From an uncultured Hyphomicrobiales bacterium (GTDB taxonomy: Bacteria > Pseudomonadota > Alphaproteobacteria > Reyranellales > JAQSWP01), in contig CAYWLS010000005.1 in the NCBI GenBank assembly GCA_964458605.1, positions 81,244 to 145,243 of the forward strand: a DNA stretch of 64,000 nucleotides, read 5' to 3'. A program made the translations under genes and the position numbers. Below, piece after piece: positions 38,242-45,962 of this stretch (its first letter is position 1; the number at the start of each line of letters is the position of its first letter). A model generated the notes under the pieces. That model was given only the letters and a program-made list of their open reading frames with translations, searched no databases and was not told the origin of the DNA.

Positions 38242-39380
38242 GGCAGCTTCTCCGTCTCGAGCTGCTGCACCATGGGAGCGCGGCGCAGCGGCAGCCAGGC
38301 GCGGAACAGATCGGCGATGCTGGGCACGATGCCCTTGGGCACCAGCAGCACGAAGGCCAGCAGCACCGCGCCCAGCACCAGGTTGGAATTGCTGAGGTCG
38401 ATGGTGCCGGCGATCGAGCCCACCACATGGCCGAACTCGCCGCCGCCCAGCGCCTTGTCGATCCAGGCGCCCATGCTCTTGCCGCCCAGTTGCACGGTGC
38501 CGAGCCAGGCGGTCAGCCACTGGATGCCGATGCATCCGACGATCGGGCCGATCAGGGTGCCGCGGCCGCCGACGATGACCCAGATGATGATCTGCGCCGA
38601 CTGGGCCAGGCCGAAGATGGTCGGGCTGACGAAGGCGCCCCAATTGGCGAACAGCACGCCGGCCATGCCGGCGATGGCGCCGCCGATGGTGAAGGTGGCC
38701 AGCTTGTAGGCGCGCGCGTCGTAGCCCAGGAACTCGGCGCGGCGCTCGTTCTGGCTGATCGCCACCACGACGCGGCCGAAATGGCTGACCAGCAGCCAGC
38801 GCAGGCCGAAATAGGTCAGCAGCAGCAGGCCCATCGACAGGTAGAACATGTCGTTGAGATCGAGCGCGGCGGACGCGTCGAACGGCATGTTGAGCGGCGG
38901 GATGGCCGGCACGCCGTTGAAGCCGCCCAGCATGGCGCTGCCGATGTGGTATTCCGGCCCGGCCGTCGAATTGATCGCGTTGAACAGGATCAGGGTCACG
39001 GTCAGCGTGATGACGCCGAGATAGACGTCGCTGATGCGGCCGTAGAACATGAAATAGCCCAGCAGCGCGGCGAAGGCGGCGGGCAGCGCGATGCCGGCCA
39101 GCGCCGGCACGGTGCTCTCGCCCATGTTGAACATGACGATGGCGTAGGTATAGGCGCCCAGGCCGAAGAAGGCGGCCTGGCCGAAGCACAAGATGCCGCC
39201 ATAGCCCCACACCAGGCCCAGGCTGAGCGCCAGGATCGCCATGATGAAATAGACCGTGATGTCGAGCAGCGTGGCGAGTTCGACGATCTGCGGCAGCAGG
39301 ATCAGGGCGGCGATGCCGGCCACGCCGGCGATCGCCAGGCCGGCCAAGGTCCAGGCGCGGTTGGCGGCGGCGTCCATCAC
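38238..39380 (-). CDS. branched-chain amino acid/urea-type ABC transporter permease (LivM/UrtC-like)
   Basis: 380-aa polytopic permease that overlaps the neighbouring genes. Confidence 0.88.
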   Translation of the reverse strand: MMDAAANRAWTLAGLAIAGVAGIAALILLPQIVELATLLDITVYFIMAILALSLGLVWGYGGILCFGQAAFFGLGAYTYAIVMFNMGESTVPALAGIALPAAFAALLGYFMFYGRISDVYLGVITLTVTLILFNAINSTAGPEYHIGSAMLGGFNGVPAIPPLNMPFDASAALDLNDMFYLSMGLLLLTYFGLRWLLVSHFGRVVVAISQNERRAEFLGYDARAYKLATFTIGGAIAGMAGVLFANWGAFVSPTIFGLAQSAQIIIWVIVGGRGTLIGPIVGCIGIQWLTAWLGTVQLGGKSMGAWIDKALGGGEFGHVVGSIAGTIDLSNSNLVLGAVLLAFVLLVPKGIVPSIADLFRAWLPLRRAPMVQQLETEKLP

Positions 39381-40252
39381 AGGCCCTTGCGGAAGAAGCG
39401 GCCGGTGATGCCCTGCGGCAGCACGCGGATCAGCACGACGGCGGCGGCCAGCGCCGCCACCACGCCGAACACCGGGGTGGTGAAGTAGATCGCCACTTCC
39501 TGGATGGTGGCGAACAGGGTCGAGGCGGAGATGGTGCCGGTCAGGATGGCGGCGCCGCCGCCGATCACGGTGATGAAGGCGCGCGCGATATAGGCCGCGC
39601 CGATGGTCGGGATGACGCCGGAGATCGGCGCCAGCAGGCCGCCGGCCAGGCCGGTCAGCGCGGCGCCGATGCCGAAGGTGACGGCATAGACCTTGGGCGG
39701 GCTGAGGCCCAGCGCCGCCGCCATGTTGGCGTTCTGCATGGTGCCGCGCGCGAACAGGCCGAGCCGGGTATAGCGCAGCACCAGGAAGATGGCGAACAGC
39801 AGCGCCACGGTGATGCCGATCAGCACCAGGCTGTAGATCGAGGTCGAATAGGCCCCGATCGGCGTGGCGCCCAGCGGCGCGGAGATGCCCGCCGTGGTAT
39901 TGCCGAAGATGGAGGTGACCAGGCCGATCAGGAACAGGCTCAAGCCCCAGGTCGCCAGCATGGTGTCGATCATGCGGCCGTAGAGGAAGCGGATCAGCAC
40001 CCGCTCCACCACCACGCCGATGATGCCGACCACCACCGGCGCCACCACCAGCATGCTGATCCAGATATTGACGCCCTGCTGGGTGGCGAAGATGGCGCTA
40101 TAGCCGCCCAGCATGAGGAATTCGCCATGCGCCAGGTTGATCACCCGCATCATGCCGAAGATGATGGCCAGACCGATGCTGATCAGCGCCAGGCTGGCGA
40201 TGGCGTAGAGCACTTGGATAGCCAGGAACAGGACCAGATCCACGATACGCAA
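39377..40252 (-). CDS. branched-chain amino acid/urea-type ABC transporter permease (LivH/UrtB-like)
   Basis: 291-aa polytopic permease. Confidence 0.88.
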   Translation of the reverse strand: MRIVDLVLFLAIQVLYAIASLALISIGLAIIFGMMRVINLAHGEFLMLGGYSAIFATQQGVNIWISMLVVAPVVVGIIGVVVERVLIRFLYGRMIDTMLATWGLSLFLIGLVTSIFGNTTAGISAPLGATPIGAYSTSIYSLVLIGITVALLFAIFLVLRYTRLGLFARGTMQNANMAAALGLSPPKVYAVTFGIGAALTGLAGGLLAPISGVIPTIGAAYIARAFITVIGGGAAILTGTISASTLFATIQEVAIYFTTPVFGVVAALAAAVVLIRVLPQGITGRFFRKGL

Positions 40253-40429
40253 TCCCCACTGCAGACGAGCCGGACCTGCGCGCGGCTCCCTGTTCCTATT
40301 GTCTCCCCAACCCTGTCGCTTGTGACCTGGATTCTTGCGCCCAGGTATGTCCCGGCCCTGCCGCCCGTCCGGCGCCGCGCGCCGCGCGGTCGCCGGACCC
40401 GCGCACAGGGCGCGGGCCCGGCCGGCCGG

Positions 40430-41677
40430 CTAGAGCTTGATGTTGGTGTTGTACTGCTTGTTGTCGTTGGGGTTCTTGATCAGGTTGCAGACCGCCTCGG
40501 TGTCGGTCGGCTTCTGCTGCGGGAAGCTGGCCAGCACCTTGCACTTCTTGTTCTCGACCTCGGCCATGTAGATGTCGAGGATGCAGTGATGGGTCGGCGG
40601 ATCGATCGTCACCTTGCCCGAGGGGGCGTCGATGCTCAGCCCCTTCTCCAGCGTCTCGATCACCTTCATGCGGTCGATCGACTTGGCCTGCTTGACCGCC
40701 TCGGCCCACAGGTAGAAGCCCTGGTAGGTGCCGACCGCCAGGCCGGTGATGTAGGGGTAGTCGGCGCCGAAGCGCTTGTGGAAGCGATCGACGAAGGCCT
40801 TGTTGGCCGGGGTGTCGATCTCCTGGAAATAGTTGTAGGCGACGACGATGCCGTTGGCCTCTTCCGGCGCCAGCACGATGTGCTCGTTGCCCAGCGCGAA
40901 GGTGGTCGAGGCCATCGGGATCTTCTTGTTCATGCCGGCGGCGGCCCACTGGCGATAGAACGAGATATGCGCGCCGCCGACCAGCGCCGACCACACGTAG
41001 TCGGGCTTGGCGGCCTGGATCTTGGCGATCGACGGGCCGAAATTGGTGACGTCGAGCGGGAAGAACTCCACCGCCACCGTCTCGCCGCCGTTGTCCTTGG
41101 TGTATTTCTGCACCCACTGCGCGGTGATCTGGCCGTAATTGTAGTCGGCGGCGACGATATAGACCTTCTTGCCCCACTTCTTGATGTTGGCCGGCACCAG
41201 CTTCTCGACCTGCTGGGCCGGCGTGGAACCGACGGTGAATTCGTTGCGGTCGCAGACGCCGCCTTCGTACTGGGTGTTGTAGAAATACAGCGTCTTGAAG
41301 CGGTCCAGCACCGGGCGGATCACCTCGCGCGAGGCCGAGGTGATGCCGCCATGCACCACCGCGACCTTCTGCTTCAGCGCCGCGTCCTGGGCGTATTGGG
41401 TGTAGAGCTGCATGTTGGACTGCGGGTCGTAGTTGACCAGCTCGACCTTCTTGCCCAGCAGGCCGCCGGCGGCGTTGACCTCCTCGACCGCGAGCGTGAT
41501 GGCGTCGGACATCGGCTTGCCGTAGATGTCGAGACCGCCCGACAGGTCGTGGATCGAACCGACCTTGATGGTGTCCTCGGCGAAGGCGCGCGAGGAAACG
41601 ATGGCGGGAGCTGCCAGCACGGCGGCCGTGGCGGCGGTGGACTTGAGGAACTGTCTGCGATCGAGCTTGATATCCAT
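40430..41677 (-). CDS. periplasmic substrate-binding protein, urea/short-chain-amide type (UrtA/FmdD-like), Tat signal
   Basis: Twin-arginine signal DRRQFLKSTAATAAVLAAPA..AFA. Type I periplasmic binding fold resembling amide/urea binders. Confidence 0.88.
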   Translation of the reverse strand: MDIKLDRRQFLKSTAATAAVLAAPAIVSSRAFAEDTIKVGSIHDLSGGLDIYGKPMSDAITLAVEEVNAAGGLLGKKVELVNYDPQSNMQLYTQYAQDAALKQKVAVVHGGITSASREVIRPVLDRFKTLYFYNTQYEGGVCDRNEFTVGSTPAQQVEKLVPANIKKWGKKVYIVAADYNYGQITAQWVQKYTKDNGGETVAVEFFPLDVTNFGPSIAKIQAAKPDYVWSALVGGAHISFYRQWAAAGMNKKIPMASTTFALGNEHIVLAPEEANGIVVAYNYFQEIDTPANKAFVDRFHKRFGADYPYITGLAVGTYQGFYLWAEAVKQAKSIDRMKVIETLEKGLSIDAPSGKVTIDPPTHHCILDIYMAEVENKKCKVLASFPQQKPTDTEAVCNLIKNPNDNKQYNTNIKL

Positions 41678-41915
41678 TTGAATGTCACCTTATTGCGGGT
41701 TGGATATGGTGCAGCGTCCCGCCTCGATAATCCAGTGATTCGCGCAGGACATTACGTCTCTCACCGGTGAAATGCGACATGACACAGTTTTGCGTCTGGA
41801 CGACCAGCGCGCGTCGCGACCGCCGACGCTGCGACACCTTGAGGATACGCCGCCCGATGGCGCGCCGCATGGCGCCGCTGCCGAACTGCAATCTCGCCGC
41901 CATTTAAGGGCAGAC

Positions 41916-41940
41916 TATTTTACTTTTCAAGTAATTTTGC
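41916..41940 (+). promoter_or_regulatory. AT-rich operator-like motif, copy 1 (upstream of the ABC/formamidase operon)
   Basis: TATTTTACTTTTCAAGTAATTTTGC matches the copy at 45883..45907 at 23 of 25 positions. Confidence 0.55.
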
Positions 41941-41971
41941 GCCGCGTCGCGAACCGCGCGCCGGCCGCGCC

Positions 41972-43216
41972 TCAATGCGCGGGAAAGCGCTGCAGGATGC
42001 GGAAGTCCAGGCCGTCGGCCTCGGCCAGATAGATATCGGAACGCAGGTGGCGCGCCCGCATCGAGGCGTTGCCGCGCGCGCCGAAACCGGTCAGCCCCTC
42101 GCTGGCCTTGCCCAGCGCGGCGACGTCGAAGGCGCCGGCGCGGCGCACCAGCTCGCCGTAGAGCCGCACGCCTTCGTAGCAGGACTGGCCGATGGTGTTG
42201 GGCATCGGCGCATCGGCGCCGAAGGCGGCGTAGTAACGATCGAGGAAGGCCTCGTTCTCCGCCGTGCGCATGTTGGACAGATAGCCGGCGGCGAAATAGA
42301 GGTTCTCGGCATTGTCGGCACCGATGCCCAGCAGGGTGTTCTCCTCGCTGGCCGCCGACAGGCGCAGCATGTGCCGCGCCAGTCCCGATTCGGCGAAGGC
42401 GCGGTTGAAGGCGACGCAGTCGTTGCCGACCATCGACACCAGCACCGCATCGGCGCGCGACTTGCGAATGGCGTCGAGCGTGGCGTCGTAGTCCTCGGTG
42501 CCGAACGGCACGAAGGTCTCGCCGACGATCTCGCCGCCGTTCTTGGCGACGTAGCGGCGCGCCGCCTCGTGCGACACGCGCGGCCAGATATAGTCGTTGC
42601 CGGCAAGGTACCAGCGCCGCACATGGCGGTGCTCGGCCATCCAGGCGATCGACGGCCGCAACTGCAGCGCCGGCGTCTCGCCGATCATGAACACGCCGGG
42701 GGTCTGCTCGCCGCCCTCGTAGACCGGCGTATAGACATAGGGCACCCGCCCGCGCAGCGCGCGCACCAGCGCCAGGCGCACGGCGCTGATATGCATGCCG
42801 ATCACCGCCTCGGCGCCGCTTTCGGTTACCAGCTTCATGGTCTCTTCGGTGACGATCTCGGGCGAGCAGCCGGCATCGGTGAACAGCAGTTCGACCTCGC
42901 GGCCCTCGATGCCGCCGCGGGCGTTGATCTCCTGCGAGGCCAGCAGCGCGCTGGTCTGGCAGGACGGCCCCCACAATCCGGCCGGGCCGCTGAGCGGCGC
43001 CAGCAAGGCGATGCGCAGCTTGTCGAAACGACGGCGCGGCCCAGGCGTGAAATCGGGATGCAGGCTGCGCCGCGCCAGACGCCGTTCGATCAGCACATTG
43101 GGCGGCACGACGCGACCGGCCGCCGCGCCGGCGATGCCCCGCGCGCCGTTGCCGTGCCACAGCCGGGCCATGTCCCTGGCCGCTCGACCGATCGATTTGC
43201 TGGCCGACATTGCCAT
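41972..43216 (-). CDS. AmiC-like cytoplasmic ligand-binding protein (type I periplasmic-binding-protein fold, no signal peptide)
   Basis: ATG 43216 inside ORF 41972..43378. Leu/Ile/Val-binding-protein-like sequence preceded by a basic, non-hydrophobic N-terminus. Confidence 0.8.
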   Translation of the reverse strand: MAMSASKSIGRAARDMARLWHGNGARGIAGAAAGRVVPPNVLIERRLARRSLHPDFTPGPRRRFDKLRIALLAPLSGPAGLWGPSCQTSALLASQEINARGGIEGREVELLFTDAGCSPEIVTEETMKLVTESGAEAVIGMHISAVRLALVRALRGRVPYVYTPVYEGGEQTPGVFMIGETPALQLRPSIAWMAEHRHVRRWYLAGNDYIWPRVSHEAARRYVAKNGGEIVGETFVPFGTEDYDATLDAIRKSRADAVLVSMVGNDCVAFNRAFAESGLARHMLRLSAASEENTLLGIGADNAENLYFAAGYLSNMRTAENEAFLDRYYAAFGADAPMPNTIGQSCYEGVRLYGELVRRAGAFDVAALGKASEGLTGFGARGNASMRARHLRSDIYLAEADGLDFRILQRFPAH

Positions 43217-43263
43217 GTCGTCCCCGCCCCGTTTGTCAGCAAACCGTAGCACCCGGCTGGATG

Positions 43264-43277
43264 CTTGAAAAGTCAAA
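43264..43277 (-). promoter_or_regulatory. half-site copy of the AT-rich motif in the amiC-like/marR divergent promoter
   Basis: The reverse complement, TTTGACTTTTCAAG, matches TTTTACTTTTCAAG of copy 1 at 13 of 14 positions. Confidence 0.4.
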
Positions 43278-43332
43278 CTCTTTGGCTCATATAGGACGGC
43301 CAAGAGAACCGCCGTAAAAAGCAACCAACGCC

Positions 43333-43806
43333 ATGAAACAAGCCGCCAAGCAAGCCGCCAGGCCCGCCGAGAAATCACCGCGCAACCGCCCGATCGCCGA
43401 CTACCTGGCCTATCTGCTGACCCAGGCCGAGCGGCAGATCAACCAGCGGCTGGACGTCGAATTCAAGGCCGAGGGGGTACCGGTCGAACAGTGGCGCATC
43501 CTCAAGCTGCTGGCCGAGCGCAACGGCCGCTCGATGGTCGACCTGGCGCAGGCGGCGTTGCTGAAGCACCCGACCCTGACCAAGACCATCGACCGCATGA
43601 TCTCCCAGGCGCTGGTCTATCGCCGCGCCGACCGCGGCGACGGACGCAAGGTGCTGATCTTCGTTTCCGAGCGCGGCAAGCAGGTCAACGAGCGGCTCAA
43701 CCGGCTGGCCAATCTGCACCAGGACGAGATTGTGGAAAGCTGCGGCAACCGCGACGCCGAGGAGTTGAAGCGCCTGCTCGAGGGGCTAATCAAAAGGACG
43801 GCGTAA
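43333..43806 (+). CDS. MarR family transcriptional regulator
   Basis: Winged-helix MarR core (WRILKLLAERNGRSMVDLAQAALLKHPTLTKTIDRM). 157 aa. Confidence 0.9.
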   Translation: MKQAAKQAARPAEKSPRNRPIADYLAYLLTQAERQINQRLDVEFKAEGVPVEQWRILKLLAERNGRSMVDLAQAALLKHPTLTKTIDRMISQALVYRRADRGDGRKVLIFVSERGKQVNERLNRLANLHQDEIVESCGNRDAEELKRLLEGLIKRTA

Positions 43807-43811
43807 AAATC

Positions 43812-43846
43812 GTCACCCCGGCCGAGCGCAGCGAGAGCCGGAGCCC
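43812..43846 (+). repeat. REP-like palindromic element, left flank of GIY-YIG ORF
   Basis: GTCACCCCGGCCGAGCGCAGCGAGAGCCGGAGCCC closely resembles the reverse complement of 44227..44263. Confidence 0.6.
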
Positions 43847-43870
43847 ATGTCGCGCCACAACAGAGTTTTC

Positions 43871-44173
43871 CTAGGGCGGCGGCTGCAAGCTGTCGTAAAG
43901 ATCGACCCAGTGCAGGTTCGCCTTTTCGATCAGCTCGATCTTCCACTGTGGTAGCCACTTCTTCAGCCGTATCTCCTGCGCGATGGCGCCTTCGGCTGTC
44001 GCATAATTCTCATACCAGACCAGCAGCGTAATGTTGTGGGTCTTGGTAAAGCCCTCGACAGCTTTGCTGCGATGCTCCCAGATGCGCCGAGCGATATCAT
44101 TGGTCACGCCGACATAGAGCGTTCCATGCGGCTTATTGGTTGGGATGTACACGAAGTAGCTGCGGTCTTGCAT
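43871..44173 (-). CDS. GIY-YIG nuclease family protein (UPF0213-like, 100 aa)
   Basis: YFVYI..GTLYVGVTNDIARRIWEH GIY-YIG core. Confidence 0.88.
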   Translation of the reverse strand: MQDRSYFVYIPTNKPHGTLYVGVTNDIARRIWEHRSKAVEGFTKTHNITLLVWYENYATAEGAIAQEIRLKKWLPQWKIELIEKANLHWVDLYDSLQPPP

Positions 44174-44226
44174 AGCAGCAGATTACCAACTCTCTACTGC
44201 TCTAGGCCGTTCGTTGTATCGACATG

Positions 44227-44263
44227 GACCCCGGGGTCTCGCTGACGCTCGCCCCGGGGTGAC
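44227..44263 (-). repeat. REP-like palindromic element, right flank of GIY-YIG ORF (inverted relative to the left copy)
   Basis: GACCCCGGGGTCTCGCTGACGCTCGCCCCGGGGTGAC is internally a CCCCGGGG hairpin. Its reverse complement, GTCACCCCGGGGCGAGCGTCAGCGAGACCCCGGGGTC, aligns with 43812..43846. Confidence 0.6.
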
Positions 44264-44273
44264 GAATCTCAAG

Positions 44274-45806
44274 TCACCGCTTCTGCCAATCCCCCAACTG
44301 CTCGACCGCATGGGCGGCGCGGATGGTGGCGGCTTCGTCGAAGTGTTTGCCCACCAGCATGATGCCGATCGGCAGGCCGTCGACCGTGCCGCAGGGCGCG
44401 GTGAAGGCCGGGTGGCCGGACACGTCGAACGGACAGGTGTTCTGCTGCATGTTCAACGCCAGGTCGACATAGTCCTCGCGGCTGGCATCGAGGCCGGGAA
44501 TCTTGGTCGCCGGGAACGGCAGGGTCGGCATGGCCAGCACGTCGTATTTCCGCAGCGCCGCGTCGTAGGCGGCGCGCAGCCCGACGCGCAGGTTCTGCGC
44601 CTTGGCGTGGTAGCGGTTGTGGTAGTGGGTGTGCATGTAGTCGCCCAGCAGCAACACGAGTTTCACCGTCTCCGAGACATCGTCGGCGCGGGCCCGCCAG
44701 CCGCGCGCGAAAGCCTCCTGCAGGGAGGTGGTGTAGTAGCCCATCCAGTTGTTGCCCATGGCGTAGCCCTTGATCATCATCTCGGCCGCGCCTTCCAGGA
44801 TCACCCCGGTCCAGATATGCGGCGCGTCGAGATGCTCGGGGATCGACACCGCCTCGACGATGGCGCCGGCCTTCTTCAATGCCGCCAAGGTCTGCTTCAC
44901 CTTCCTGTCGGTCTGCGGCGTCAGCCTGTTGCCGGTGGGATGGCCGAAACCCTGCGGCAGCACGCCGATCTTCAGGCCCCTGACGCTCTTCTTCAGCGCC
45001 CCGCGATAGTCGCCGACGGCGGCGTTGATGGTGCGCGGATCGTGCGGATCGGGCCCGGCAATGACGCTCAGCAGCAGCGCCACGCTCTCGACGCTGTCGC
45101 AGATCGGCCCGCAGTGATCGACCGAATAGGAGATCGGCATGCTGCCGGTGGTCGGCACCAGGCCCCAGGTGGGCTTCAGCCCGTAGACGCCGCACCAGCC
45201 GGAGGGCGTGCGGATCGAGCCGCCCTGGTCGCCGCCGATCGCCATCGTTACCTCGCCCGCCGCCACCAGCGCGGCGCTGCCGCCGGACGAGCCGCCGGCC
45301 GAATGGGCGGGATTGCGCGGGTTGCGGATCGGCCCGGTGGCGCAGGTGTGGCTGCCGGCGGAGAAGCACAGATCCTCGCAGGCCGCCTTGCCGGCGATGG
45401 TGCCGCCGGCCTCGAGGATGCGCGTCACCACTGTGGCGTCGATATCGGGCACGTAGCCTTCGAGCAGCCGCGAGCCGTTCATCATCGGCACGCCGGCGAC
45501 GCAGATATTGTCCTTGATGGCGACGCGCTTGCCGGCAAGCGGCCCCTTGGCCGCGCCGGCGATGTCGCATTTCCAGTACCAGGCGTTGAACGGATTGTCC
45601 TTCACGTCCGGCCGATGGCCCGGCGTGCGCGGATAGGCGACCGGCAGCTTGGGCTCGGCCAGCTCGTCGAGCCGCGCATAGGACGCCATCGAGCCCGCCA
45701 TCAGGCCACGGAACGACACCGCGTCCTCCTGGGTCAGGGTCAGGCCGAATTTGCGGCCGATGGCGATGAGCTGCTCGGGCGTGGGCAGGCGCGGCGGAAT
45801 GGACAT
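44274..45806 (-). CDS. amidase-signature (AS) family amidase
   Basis: GGSSGGSAA signature and Ser-cisSer-Lys context. 510 aa. Confidence 0.92.
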   Translation of the reverse strand: MSIPPRLPTPEQLIAIGRKFGLTLTQEDAVSFRGLMAGSMASYARLDELAEPKLPVAYPRTPGHRPDVKDNPFNAWYWKCDIAGAAKGPLAGKRVAIKDNICVAGVPMMNGSRLLEGYVPDIDATVVTRILEAGGTIAGKAACEDLCFSAGSHTCATGPIRNPRNPAHSAGGSSGGSAALVAAGEVTMAIGGDQGGSIRTPSGWCGVYGLKPTWGLVPTTGSMPISYSVDHCGPICDSVESVALLLSVIAGPDPHDPRTINAAVGDYRGALKKSVRGLKIGVLPQGFGHPTGNRLTPQTDRKVKQTLAALKKAGAIVEAVSIPEHLDAPHIWTGVILEGAAEMMIKGYAMGNNWMGYYTTSLQEAFARGWRARADDVSETVKLVLLLGDYMHTHYHNRYHAKAQNLRVGLRAAYDAALRKYDVLAMPTLPFPATKIPGLDASREDYVDLALNMQQNTCPFDVSGHPAFTAPCGTVDGLPIGIMLVGKHFDEAATIRAAHAVEQLGDWQKR

Positions 45807-45882
45807 GCTTTCTCCTACTGGCTGGCGCGAGCCGCGGCGAGCGGCCGGCGCTGGCGGAACCGAGCCGGATTAGACGGCGCTT

Positions 45883-45907
45883 TATTTTACTTTTCAATCA
45901 ATTTTGC
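45883..45907 (+). promoter_or_regulatory. AT-rich operator-like motif, copy 2 (between divergent amidase genes)
   Basis: TATTTTACTTTTCAATCAATTTTGC. A CATAAT -10-like hexamer lies at 45915..45920, ahead of ATG 45963. Confidence 0.55.
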
Positions 45908-45962
45908 CCCAGGGCATAATGCGGCGACGCCAACCGCATTTCGCCATTTCGGAGGGAGCATC

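Noticed and set aside
41685-41903. 72-aa ORF on the minus strand in the leader upstream of the SBP gene.
   Set aside because: It is Arg-rich, has no RBS and lies in the putative 5' UTR. It is more likely non-coding leader sequence.
41916-41940. Reading the AT-rich 25-mer as a sigma-54 (-24/-12) promoter because of the TTTTGC end.
   Set aside because: There is no GG at the required distance upstream of the GC on either strand. No enhancer-binding-protein gene is nearby.
45856-45882. GGAAC-N17-CGCT upstream of the plus-strand amidase as a second EcfG-type promoter.
   Set aside because: The -10 element deviates (CGCT, not CGTT), and a better sigma70-like CATAAT lies closer to the gene. The support is too weak to report.
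44214-45962. The 5' 580 codons of the 1087-aa plus-strand ORF, and the 542-aa ORF 44269..45897(-) in an alternative frame.
   Set aside because: Only the last 504 codons (from ATG 45963 with RBS) encode the amidase. The upstream part is antisense to the real minus-strand amidase (44274..45806, GGSSGGSAA).
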